A DNA stretch of 45,241 nt, taken from assembly GCA_964529535.1 (NCBI GenBank), contig CAZGXC010000003.1:265-45505 (forward strand), read 5' to 3'. Below the pieces are notes generated by a model. It saw only the letters and a program-made list of their open reading frames with translations. It did no database searches and was not told where the DNA came from. The position numbers and the translations under genes are program-made. Shown here piece after piece: positions 27,950-36,782 of this stretch (the first letter of the stretch is position 1; every line of letters starts with the position of its first letter). This DNA is from an uncultured Hyphomicrobiales bacterium (GTDB lineage: Bacteria > Bacteroidota > Ignavibacteria > Kapaibacteriales > UBA2268).

Positions 27950-28555
27950 CTATACCATTTTATATAGCTTATAGCTTTTACCAGATTTTTTAAATACTAA
28001 TCTGTAAGTTGAAAAGAAATCATAGATGATCACTGCCTCGAAATCGCCTTTGGCATGACCATACGCTCCGACTGCATCAACATTCTTCCGAAGAACGCAA
28101 GTAAATTCCTTATCATCAATGTTAATCACTCTTCCGCCTTGACCATCTTCCATATTAATTTTCAAGGTAATTTCGTAGAGTTTTGAGCCATTCACAGTAT
28201 TTGAAAACAGCTTGTATCCACCCTCTTCAAATCCTGCTTTCGTATTAGGAAATGATTTTTCTTCATTGGTCTCTGGGTCTGTTATTGTTATGTTTTCAGC
28301 CGGATTATCAAAGAAATTATCTTCTAAAATCATCGGGAATTGAATCATCTCGGATAACTTCTTGATATTATTTTCTTTTAATGCCGCTTGGAAACTTGTA
28401 AAGAATGTAGAGAAATCAGCAAAAGAAACCTTGTCTCCTGTTATAAGACCACTGACGAGAATCTTCGTAGCCTTCTCTAATGCTTCTTGAACTGGCTCTA
28501 CATCAGAAGAAACGAAATTAATCGTAGCTTGTTGCTTTACTTTTCCATAGAGCAA
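27950..28555 (-). CDS. hypothetical protein; no ATG start, continues the frame of the upstream 109-aa ORF across one TAA
   Basis: The ORF begins with TTG directly after the TAA at 28556-28558. The first in-frame ATG is about 68 codons further in. No signal peptide. Confidence 0.45.
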   Translation of the reverse strand: MLYGKVKQQATINFVSSDVEPVQEALEKATKILVSGLITGDKVSFADFSTFFTSFQAALKENNIKKLSEMIQFPMILEDNFFDNPAENITITDPETNEEKSFPNTKAGFEEGGYKLFSNTVNGSKLYEITLKINMEDGQGGRVINIDDKEFTCVLRKNVDAVGAYGHAKGDFEAVIIYDFFSTYRLVFKKSGKSYKLYKMV

Positions 28556-28885
28556 TTATGTTAGTTGCTCAGCATCAGCGTCGCTTTTGAAATCAAATTC
28601 ATAATTAGAACTTGCCATCATTTCGTCATCTGCTAATAAAAGTCTTACTCTCCTTATTTCAGCATTCTTAGCTCCATCAAATTTCTTGTCGAGTTGTAAT
28701 TTAATAGATATTTCCCATTTTCCATCTACTAATTTTGGAGTATAGGTTCCGTCGACTACATTAAAGTATGAATAGGCTTCGGGAAAAGAGTGAGCTTTCA
28801 ACTCTTTTGAATAAAGCGAAGAGAATGACATCATAGATAATATGATTGCCATTATTAGAGCACCTTTGATTTGATTTTTTATCAT
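28556..28885 (-). CDS. hypothetical secreted protein (signal peptide); possibly the N-terminal part of a split gene
   Basis: MIKNQIKGALIMAIILSMMSFSSLYSKE signal-peptide-like N-terminus. Same frame as the downstream ORF. Confidence 0.5.
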   Translation of the reverse strand: MIKNQIKGALIMAIILSMMSFSSLYSKELKAHSFPEAYSYFNVVDGTYTPKLVDGKWEISIKLQLDKKFDGAKNAEIRRVRLLLADDEMMASSNYEFDFKSDADAEQLT

Positions 28886-29036
28886 TTGGACACCTTGAAA
28901 TTTATTATTAAACTAAATATTATATTTCGATAATCGCATATTTATAAGAACACGAAATTATAAAAAATCTGTCATAAATACAAAAGAAAATTTGAATAAA
29001 GACAGTGGTTAATAAAAAAGATTTGATAATAAATAA

Positions 29037-29075
29037 AGGACTTCAAGCATTACCAATCGTGTTGCTTGAAGTCCT
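29037..29075 (-). terminator. rho-independent terminator after the M20 peptidase gene
   Basis: AGGACTTCAAGCA / TGCTTGAAGTCCT 13-bp stem with a 13-nt loop. T/A runs on both sides, so it could act bidirectionally. Confidence 0.65.
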
Positions 29076-29101
29076 TTTTGATATTCTTATAGAAAAATAT
29101 G

Positions 29102-30469
29102 CTATTTGCTAATTTCGTGAAGGAAGAAGGCAGAAGCCTTTATTCCACCATAGAAGTTATCCAGAGCGAAGTTCTCATTCGGAGAATGGATGTTATCAGT
29201 TGGGAGACCTAAGCCCATTAATACGGTCGGAGCATTCAGAGCAGAGCCGAATAATGCCACGATACCGATTGAACCGCCTTCTCTCATATACACTGGATCC
29301 ACGCCAAATGCTTGCTTCATTGCTCTTTCGCAGGCTTTGATTGGCTTTGTATTCATATCTACGACTACTGGCTCTCCGCCGTGTAAATATGTTAGCTCAG
29401 CTTTTACAGTCTTCGGAGCGATTTGCTGAATGTATTTATTCAGTAATTCGTATACTTCTTTTGAGCTTTGCTTTGCGACTAAGCGAATGGAGATTTTAGC
29501 TGTTGCGACGCTCGGAAGCACTGTTTTTGCTCCTTCGGCGATATATCCGCCATAAATACCATTCACATCAAGCGCAGGGCGACCCCAAGTTCTTTCAAGC
29601 GTTGTGAAACCTTTTTCGCCGTTAAGAGCTTCTACCCCAAGATCTTCCATATATTTAGCTTCATTATATGGTAGCTTCTTGAAGGCATCTCTTTCTTGCT
29701 GAGTTAATTCAGTTACATTATCATATAGCCCAGGGATTGCCAATTTGCCATTTTCGTCCCAAAGCTGTTCAATCATTTTGCATAATACGTGAATTGGATT
29801 ATCCACAGCACCGCCGAATGAACCACTATGTAAATCTCTATTTGGACCTGTAACAGTTAATTCAGTGTAGCAAATTCCGCGCAATGCGTAGCAAATTGTC
29901 GGAAGTCCTTCTGCGTACCATTCAGTATCGGATACGATAACATAATCGCATTTAAGTTTTTCAGCATTATTAACAATGTAGTCGTCAAGATGGCTGCTTC
30001 CGCATTCTTCTTCGCCCTCAATCATTAATTTTACGTTGCAGGGGAGTTTCCCTTCCGTTTGCATCAACGCTTCAATTGCCTTAATGTGAGTGAATAGCTG
30101 ACCTTTGTCATCCGCTGTTCCTCTGGCGAATATTTTCCCATTCTTAATAACAGGTTCGAATGGCGGGCTGTCCCACAGCTGTAATGGATCTACCGGCTGC
30201 ACATCATAATGTCCGTAAATTAGAATGGTCGGCTTGTCGTCGCCAGCTTCTAACCATTCGCTATACACGACGGGGTGACCTCCCGTTTCAAGTATTTCTA
30301 CATTGTGCATTCCTGCTTTTCTCATAGAATCAGATACCCAAGTAGCGCATCGTGCCATATCTTTGTTGTGTGCCGTAACGCTGCTGACGCTTGGGATTTT
30401 CAGAAAATCTACCAATTCAGCAAGGAATCTGTCTTTATTTGTTTCTATGTAGTTAACAATATCGTTCAT
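29102..30469 (-). CDS. M20-family metallodipeptidase (CNDP/DUG1-like)
   Basis: LIYGHYDVQP, RGTADDKGQ, EGEEECGS and C-terminal HSPNE motifs. Start moved to MNDIVNYIE (ATG at 30469) to avoid overlap with the upstream gene. Confidence 0.85.
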   Translation of the reverse strand: MNDIVNYIETNKDRFLAELVDFLKIPSVSSVTAHNKDMARCATWVSDSMRKAGMHNVEILETGGHPVVYSEWLEAGDDKPTILIYGHYDVQPVDPLQLWDSPPFEPVIKNGKIFARGTADDKGQLFTHIKAIEALMQTEGKLPCNVKLMIEGEEECGSSHLDDYIVNNAEKLKCDYVIVSDTEWYAEGLPTICYALRGICYTELTVTGPNRDLHSGSFGGAVDNPIHVLCKMIEQLWDENGKLAIPGLYDNVTELTQQERDAFKKLPYNEAKYMEDLGVEALNGEKGFTTLERTWGRPALDVNGIYGGYIAEGAKTVLPSVATAKISIRLVAKQSSKEVYELLNKYIQQIAPKTVKAELTYLHGGEPVVVDMNTKPIKACERAMKQAFGVDPVYMREGGSIGIVALFGSALNAPTVLMGLGLPTDNIHSPNENFALDNFYGGIKASAFFLHEISK

Positions 30470-30486
30470 ATTTTTATAAATTATAG

Positions 30487-31233
30487 TTAAAATTTTAAAT
30501 ATCTTTCCCAATGTAAATATAGTTCCCAAGTCGCCCGAACATCGCGCAAGCAATATTCAGAGATTTCGTTAATTCTTCCATCTTTAAAATACTGAGCTAC
30601 TTTGCTACCGTCCACTCCTTCTGCTTTTGGGGAGGTGATCCCGAAAGCCCTCGTGAAGAAATCGAAATTATATCGGCGAGTAGCCCCGCTCATAGTTGGC
30701 ATATAGAATGTAAGCTCATCAATCAAATCTGTATGCTGCTGATAATTGAACTTTGTGCCGCTCATTAAGTTTCGAGAGGGACGCACCCCAAGCTTTGCAG
30801 AGCGAAGCATTAAGAAAGGTGCATCAAAATTCCTGCCATTAAATGAAATTAAGTGCAAGCTCGGATATTTATTTAATATTTTCCAAAAAGTCTCTAAAAG
30901 AGTCTTCTCATTGTATTGATACGAGATATGCCCATCTGCGAGCTCGCACTGAAGCATTTCGCCATCTGCTAAACTGTCGTTCAAAGAGAAGGCAGAAGTC
31001 TTAGAAGTGAAGCGTTCATCAGGGTTTTCCGCTGCTGGATTTGAATATTCCACCATCTGCATACCAATGCATACAGCTCGCGCCGTAAGTGGCGAAAGAG
31101 CCATTTCATTTTTCCGCTGCTGGATTTCTTCCTCTGTTTCTGCTCGTCTCAGAAGGTATTCCTGTTGGGATTCGGACAAAGCATCAAAATCTTCGGGAAT
31201 AGTTTCAATATCAAATACAAGATAATTCTTCAT
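30487..31233 (-). CDS. 3'-5' exonuclease, RNase H-like fold (PolB-exonuclease-related)
   Basis: Exo I YLVFDIETIP, Exo II FNGRNFDAPFL, Exo III YCLRDVRATWELY. Start at MKNYLVFD (31233) preferred; the longer ORF reaches 31308. Confidence 0.7.
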   Translation of the reverse strand: MKNYLVFDIETIPEDFDALSESQQEYLLRRAETEEEIQQRKNEMALSPLTARAVCIGMQMVEYSNPAAENPDERFTSKTSAFSLNDSLADGEMLQCELADGHISYQYNEKTLLETFWKILNKYPSLHLISFNGRNFDAPFLMLRSAKLGVRPSRNLMSGTKFNYQQHTDLIDELTFYMPTMSGATRRYNFDFFTRAFGITSPKAEGVDGSKVAQYFKDGRINEISEYCLRDVRATWELYLHWERYLKF

Positions 31234-31450
31234 TTGCGTGTTTCGTTTTTTATCAAAGAAATACGATTTACTTCTCGCATTTATTATGCCATGTTTTTTT
31301 GGAATCAAGTGAAATTACAAAAAAAGGATTGCAAATATACGAAATATTAATATAATAATATACTAAATAATAAATAAAAAAAACATTTATTAAATAAGGC
31401 ATAATCTTTGCATATAGTATAGTGAATATTGTAAATATTAGTAAAATTAT

Positions 31451-33208
31451 ATGAAATTTGGCTATTATCCTAAGTTTGCCCCTGCTATCTTGATAATATT
31501 ATTATTGGGATTGGCGGGCTGTAGCTCTGCAAATAAATGCCCAAGCAACCCATCAATAGGCAATGCAGGCAGCATAATTAACTCGAGCGATGACGAATTA
31601 TTGCCCATTAGTTATAATAATAAAATTTATTTTACTGTAGTTCATAGAGATAGTAAAAATCCACGAAACAACAGCGAAAATACGTATTTCGCAGCTATTG
31701 ATACAAAGGGTTATTTCCAAATACCACGAGTTGATAAAGTAATTCCCACTAATCAAATTAGCAAGGCTGGATCTCCAACCTTTTACCTTGATAAAGAAAA
31801 CAACCGCTTAGAAATGTATTTCGCCGGAGCTTCGCTTAAGAATCATCTCGATAAGGATATTTATGTAGCATTCTACTCGAAAGATGGATGGACAGACCCC
31901 AAGCCTATTTCAGACAATATCAATACTGATAAATATGAATCTCATCCATTTATTTCTCAAGATGGAAAATACCTGATATTCGCTTCTGACCGCGATGGCG
32001 GAAGCGGAGAAACCGATCTCTATATCTCATTTAGAGATGTTAGCGGTAATTGGGGAACAGCAAAGAACTTGGGGAACACCATCAATACCGCAAAGAGAGA
32101 AATCGCTCCTTTCATCGCTCCTGATGGCACTCTGTTTTATTCTTCTGATGGGTTTATGGAAAATTCTGGCTTGGATATTATTAAAGCTGAAAGAATCAAT
32201 GATGAATCTTGGGGCAAACCATCTATGCTAAACCAACCAATAAACTCGGCTAATGATGATTTGGGTCCTGCCATGCACAATAATAAGATATTCCTTTCAT
32301 CAAATCGCCCGAATGGCTGCGGAGGATACGACATCTATTCATTTGAGCTATGCAAAGATGCTATATTAACTGGAAATATCAAGGGAACTCAAGCCCCAAA
32401 TATTAAAAATCAAGTAACTCTATTCGATGAACTAAACAACGTAATCCAAAGCAAAGAAGTGGCTGCTGGCGAATCTTATAAATTCGACTTAGCTCCAAAC
32501 AAAGCATATAAAGTGGCATTCAAAAGTCAATGCAATCCGAAAGATACTTATTATGAATTCAAGGTGCCTTGCTCTGATAGCACGCAAATTCATTATACTG
32601 CTGATTTCGAGGCGAACTATGACTTGCTAACCTTCAATTTAGAGGACTATCAAATACCATTCTTCGTTTCCGGATATTATCGCCCGAATACTACGGAACA
32701 TCTCGAAAACTTAAAAATGAAGTTTTTGCAAAATTTCTTCGGAAATGCCGATAGCACTCGATATATTCAAAACCCAGGCGATGAATATAATGATTATTCC
32801 AATCAAGTAGATATTGCGATGGAAAATGCCGCTCACTTCATTATTGAAAGATTGATTAACATTCAAAGCGGATGCGTAGACCCCAATGCCAAAATTCTAA
32901 TTGAAATACGAGGATACGCAGACCAACGCCCTATCTCTAACGTAGCTAAATATGCAGATGAAACAATAGACGACAATAGGCTCGGCTTCTTGGTCCCACG
33001 CGGAGCAAAGATGGATAACATCCTATTATCCAAATTACGAGCATACCATACTTTTAAGTTATTAGAAGCAAAATTAAGAGAGAATGAGACTTACAATCAG
33101 CATCTAAGCAAAATCAAATGGAAAATCATCGGAGAGGGCGAAGATACAAGCTCTACAAATGAGGATATTAAGAAAAGAAGAGTAAGCGTAAATATTACAT
33201 TAAAATAA
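31451..33208 (+). CDS. lipoprotein with TolB-like PD40 repeats and a C-terminal OmpA-like domain
   Basis: Lipobox LLGLAGCSS. PD40-like repeats (ESHPFISQDGKYLIFASDRDGGSGETDLYIS; EIAPFIAPDGTLFYSSD; GPAMHNNKIFLSSNRPNGCGGYDIY). C-terminus IEIRGYADQRPIS...LSKLRAYH...RRVSVNI. Confidence 0.7.
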   Translation: MKFGYYPKFAPAILIILLLGLAGCSSANKCPSNPSIGNAGSIINSSDDELLPISYNNKIYFTVVHRDSKNPRNNSENTYFAAIDTKGYFQIPRVDKVIPTNQISKAGSPTFYLDKENNRLEMYFAGASLKNHLDKDIYVAFYSKDGWTDPKPISDNINTDKYESHPFISQDGKYLIFASDRDGGSGETDLYISFRDVSGNWGTAKNLGNTINTAKREIAPFIAPDGTLFYSSDGFMENSGLDIIKAERINDESWGKPSMLNQPINSANDDLGPAMHNNKIFLSSNRPNGCGGYDIYSFELCKDAILTGNIKGTQAPNIKNQVTLFDELNNVIQSKEVAAGESYKFDLAPNKAYKVAFKSQCNPKDTYYEFKVPCSDSTQIHYTADFEANYDLLTFNLEDYQIPFFVSGYYRPNTTEHLENLKMKFLQNFFGNADSTRYIQNPGDEYNDYSNQVDIAMENAAHFIIERLINIQSGCVDPNAKILIEIRGYADQRPISNVAKYADETIDDNRLGFLVPRGAKMDNILLSKLRAYHTFKLLEAKLRENETYNQHLSKIKWKIIGEGEDTSSTNEDIKKRRVSVNITLK

Positions 33209-33402
33209 GAATACCAAATTCCAAAGCATATTACGATTCTAACTCTGGCACAATAAACTTGTTACATCAGAAAGAAAGCGACCGACAATGGTATTTCTCA
33301 AAATATATATTAAAATTTGAATAATTATTCGGCAATAATCAAAAATATAAATAGTGTTTTTACGTTTTCATAGTGATATTAATAATTAACTAAAAAAATG
33401 GA

Positions 33403-33867
33403 ATGGACGGATTAGACAAATCAGCTGTAAATAAGGAATACGAAATAGAAGCTACCGAGGCAATGATTCTATTCAGGAATGCCTTGGCAGAGCTTATGCC
33501 AATTTTTCAAAAAACAGATATTAAATGGAATATGCTCGACGAAAACGATGATTATTATGCTCTTTGCGAATCATTGTTTAATATGATAGTTATTAATAAA
33601 TTTAGTAATATCGCAGAGCGCAAGCACGTCGAGATGAAAGAATTTGCAAATTATGGTTTCCACCATAAAACTTTGAAAGACTTGAACTATATTGAAGTCA
33701 AATCATACCATCATCCCGATGCGATATTGAGCTTTAATTACATTCTTTCGAAGAATAAGCCACTTGATATCATCGTTTGCAATATGCTCGACAAGCAGGG
33801 CAAAGTAATCGATGCGAACGTAGAAGCGGAATTTGACAAATCAGATTTTACTTTCAGATTTAAATAA
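33403..33867 (+). CDS. hypothetical cytoplasmic protein
   Basis: 154-aa ORF with no recognised motif, followed by a strong hairpin terminator. Confidence 0.5.
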   Translation: MDGLDKSAVNKEYEIEATEAMILFRNALAELMPIFQKTDIKWNMLDENDDYYALCESLFNMIVINKFSNIAERKHVEMKEFANYGFHHKTLKDLNYIEVKSYHHPDAILSFNYILSKNKPLDIIVCNMLDKQGKVIDANVEAEFDKSDFTFRFK

Positions 33868-33908
33868 TAATGGCAAAAAGCAAAGCATCAATAACAGTAT
33901 GAATAATT

Positions 33909-33944
33909 AACAGCCGAGGGATAATCGCTTATCTTTCGGCTGTT
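33909..33944 (+). terminator. rho-independent terminator
   Basis: AACAGCCGAGGGATAA-tcgc-TTATCTTTCGGCTGTT, a 16-bp stem including two G-U pairs, followed by ATTCTTT. Confidence 0.6.
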
Positions 33945-33993
33945 ATTCTTTAGTAGAAAATTGAATATTAATGGATAAGTAGAGAAAAACATA

Positions 33994-34344
33994 ATGGAAT
34001 TTGACGATATAAATAATATTTGCCTATCAATGAAAGGGGCATATTTAGAATTTCCTTTCGACGAAACCACAGCTGTGTATAAAGTCGGTGGGAAGATGTT
34101 CTGCTTCGTGGATATTAATTCATTCCCACTTATGTTTAATCTAAAATGCCAACCCGAATACTCCTTGGAATTACAAGAAAAATATCCATTCATAAGCCCC
34201 GGATATCACATGAATAAAAAGCATTGGATCACGCTAATCAGCGAAGATTCAAGCAATGATGCAATTTGCAAGGAATTGATACATAATTCGTATACATTAG
34301 TATTTGCGAAGCTAAGCAAGCAAATAAAATCTGAAATAAACTAA
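33994..34344 (+). CDS. MmcQ/YjbR-family protein
   Basis: EFPFDETTAVYKVGGKMFCFV and PGYHMNKKHWITL are characteristic YjbR-family segments. 116 aa. Confidence 0.7.
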   Translation: MEFDDINNICLSMKGAYLEFPFDETTAVYKVGGKMFCFVDINSFPLMFNLKCQPEYSLELQEKYPFISPGYHMNKKHWITLISEDSSNDAICKELIHNSYTLVFAKLSKQIKSEIN

Positions 34345-34412
34345 AAATACAAGTAAATTAAAGCACAAATAAATTATTAGCAGGCACCACAAGCAATAAT
34401 GATGGCAAAAAA

Positions 34413-36629
34413 ATGACGGCAAAAAGCGAAATAACAAATAAATGGGATAACTATTCCGTCGGCAAAGACCATAAAAGCGATTTGCAATTTCTGCAATATG
34501 AATTATCGCAGAAATTTGATAATTATGACGACAACCTGATCCATAAAGCATTTAACTGGACTATTGCTGCTCATAGGAATCAAATCCGCAAATCAGGGCA
34601 ACCATATTACACGCATCCGCTCGAAGTGGCGAGGATTATTATAAACGAGATCCCGCTGGACGACGTCTCCGTAGCAGCCGCTCTTTTGCACGATGCTTGC
34701 GATAACTCCGATTTCTCTATTCAAGATATTGAAACAGAATTTGGCAGAGAAATATACAGAATAGTAAAAGGTATCAGCCAGATACAAGTAATCAGCAAAT
34801 TCGGTATTAAAAACGCCGATAGCTATCGGAAAATAATCATCACTTGGTTCAGTGATATTCGGATTATTATCATCGCATTGGCAGACCGCCTGCACAACAT
34901 GAGAACAGTGGAGTTCCTCTCCCCAGATGCTCAGCAAAGATTAGCCCAAGAAACAATGGATATTTATGCGCCATTTGCCAACCGCTTCGGCTTGGGTAGC
35001 TTTAAGTGGGAAATAGAAGACTTAGCCTTCAAAATTCTAAACCCCGCTAAATACGATGAGATAATAGAGAAACTGCAATTGTCCAAAGAGGACAGAAAGC
35101 TATACGTAAAAGAATTTATTAAGCCACTGCACGACGCATTGACGCAAAATTTAATCTTTTCGAATCATAATATCAGCTTTGAAATATCCGGCAGAGCAAA
35201 GCACATTTATTCAATCGCAATGAAGGAAATTCTGCGCGAAAAAAATATGGATGAACTATATGACCTCTTCGCCGTGAGAATTATCGTCGATAATGAGAAT
35301 ATCGAATATTGCTACGCCGCACTCGAAGCAGCTACGCAGGTATATCAACCAATCCCGGGCACGCTCAAAGATTACATCAAAGAACCAAAAGAAAATGGCT
35401 ACCAATCCATTCACTTAGCCGTGATAGGAATGCTAAATAAGCCCGTAGAAGTGCAGATCCGCACAAAACAGATGCACGAATATGCCGAGAATGGAATGGC
35501 GGCTCACTTCAAATATAAACCGGGCAACGTCTCCAATGATTCAATACTCGAGCAGGAGAATTATGAGGAATGGATTGATTCTATCAGAAGTATTTTTGAG
35601 AATAGAGATTATGAATCAATTCGCGAAAAATCCCTTATGCCATCTGCCCTGCATATCGACAGCATCACCGTGCTGACGCATACTTTGGAGAGCAAAAATT
35701 TACCGGCAAATTCCACGGCGCTGGACTTCGCATACGCAATTCATACGGAAATTGGCAATACCTGTATCGGGGCAAAAGTAAATGGCAAAATCGTTCCACT
35801 TTCACACACATTAAGCAATGGAGACCAAGTAGAAATATTAAATTCAAATACTTCGCATCCAGAGAAAGCGTGGCTTGAAATCGTCCGCACTGAAAAAGCA
35901 AAATATGCCTTAAAAAATCACTTTAAGCAAGAGGAACATAAATATAAAAAAAGTGGGTTCGATAAGTGGATCAATCTGCAAAAAGAATATAGCACCCAGC
36001 TCTCCGAGGTGGAATTTGACTTCCTCGTCAGAGATTTGAAATTTGCAAATTCCAGCGATTTCTTCGTTAGCCTTGGTAATAGCAGCATCGATATTGATTA
36101 TATCGATAATTATTTATTAAAGAAATTAAGTTTAGAAAAAAATAACTTTATCGATAATAGAGACTTCAAGTCCTCTGTCTCCCACTTAATCAGCAATGTA
36201 TTGAACCAATTAAATAGCGATAATTCAATACTAATGGAGTGCTGTATGCCGATGCCCGGCGACCGCATCATCGGCGAAATGATAGAAAATACAAAGCTGA
36301 ATATTCACCGCCGCTCCTGCAAAAAAGTAGCAGAATTGCTCAATCCGCCTCGCCCAAATATAATCAGTCTTAGCTGGCAGCAATTGGATTTCATGGAATT
36401 TCCTACAAAGATATTAATCATCGCCGAAATTAATGATAAGATTATCCCACAAGTAACCGGCTTACTCGCAAAATATGATAGAATAAACATCAAAGGCGTT
36501 AACTTCAACACAGATAATGATCAATTCAAAGGCACACTCAAGTTATCAATATCCTCAATCTATCAATACAATCAATTATTGGAAGATATGAGGCAGATAG
36601 AAGGCGTCCAAAGTGCCGAAAGAGTATGA
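34413..36629 (+). CDS. long RelA/SpoT homologue, (p)ppGpp synthetase/hydrolase
   Basis: HD domain (HRNQIRKSGQPYYTHPLEVA, LLHD, LADRLHNMRT). Synthetase domain (GRAKHIYSIAMKE, DLFAVRIIV, GYQSIHLAV, VEVQIRTKQMHEYAENGMAAHFKYK). TGS domain (ALDFAYAIHTEIGNTCIGAKVNGKIVPL) and C-terminal ACT-like region. Confidence 0.9.
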   Translation: MTAKSEITNKWDNYSVGKDHKSDLQFLQYELSQKFDNYDDNLIHKAFNWTIAAHRNQIRKSGQPYYTHPLEVARIIINEIPLDDVSVAAALLHDACDNSDFSIQDIETEFGREIYRIVKGISQIQVISKFGIKNADSYRKIIITWFSDIRIIIIALADRLHNMRTVEFLSPDAQQRLAQETMDIYAPFANRFGLGSFKWEIEDLAFKILNPAKYDEIIEKLQLSKEDRKLYVKEFIKPLHDALTQNLIFSNHNISFEISGRAKHIYSIAMKEILREKNMDELYDLFAVRIIVDNENIEYCYAALEAATQVYQPIPGTLKDYIKEPKENGYQSIHLAVIGMLNKPVEVQIRTKQMHEYAENGMAAHFKYKPGNVSNDSILEQENYEEWIDSIRSIFENRDYESIREKSLMPSALHIDSITVLTHTLESKNLPANSTALDFAYAIHTEIGNTCIGAKVNGKIVPLSHTLSNGDQVEILNSNTSHPEKAWLEIVRTEKAKYALKNHFKQEEHKYKKSGFDKWINLQKEYSTQLSEVEFDFLVRDLKFANSSDFFVSLGNSSIDIDYIDNYLLKKLSLEKNNFIDNRDFKSSVSHLISNVLNQLNSDNSILMECCMPMPGDRIIGEMIENTKLNIHRRSCKKVAELLNPPRPNIISLSWQQLDFMEFPTKILIIAEINDKIIPQVTGLLAKYDRINIKGVNFNTDNDQFKGTLKLSISSIYQYNQLLEDMRQIEGVQSAERV

Positions 36630-36782
36630 TAACTACAAAATAGCACAATTGGGAAAAATCGCATAATTTTGTTAAGAATCAGTTAATTACCCCTTTTTTT
36701 CAACAACAGCAAATTTAAGTATATCATAATCGTTTAATAGTTTTTATTTTTTAGCTCAAATAATAGAATCGGAGTAATCAGA

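Noticed and set aside
30470-30553. N-terminal 28-aa extension of the M20 peptidase ORF
   Set aside because: It would overlap the upstream exonuclease gene by 67 bp. The conserved M20 N-terminus begins at MNDIVNYIE, so the internal ATG at 30469 is preferred.
31234-31308. N-terminal 25-aa extension of the exonuclease ORF
   Set aside because: The Exo I motif follows immediately after MKNYLVFDIET and the extension is basic, low-complexity sequence. I kept it only as an alternative start.
33888-34193. 101-aa minus-strand ORF overlapping the YjbR-family gene and the upstream terminator
   Set aside because: It is antisense to a gene with family-specific motifs and it spans a terminator hairpin.
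34312-34937. Minus-strand ORFs (79 and 114 aa) at the 5' part of the RelA/SpoT gene
   Set aside because: They are antisense to conserved HD-domain coding sequence.
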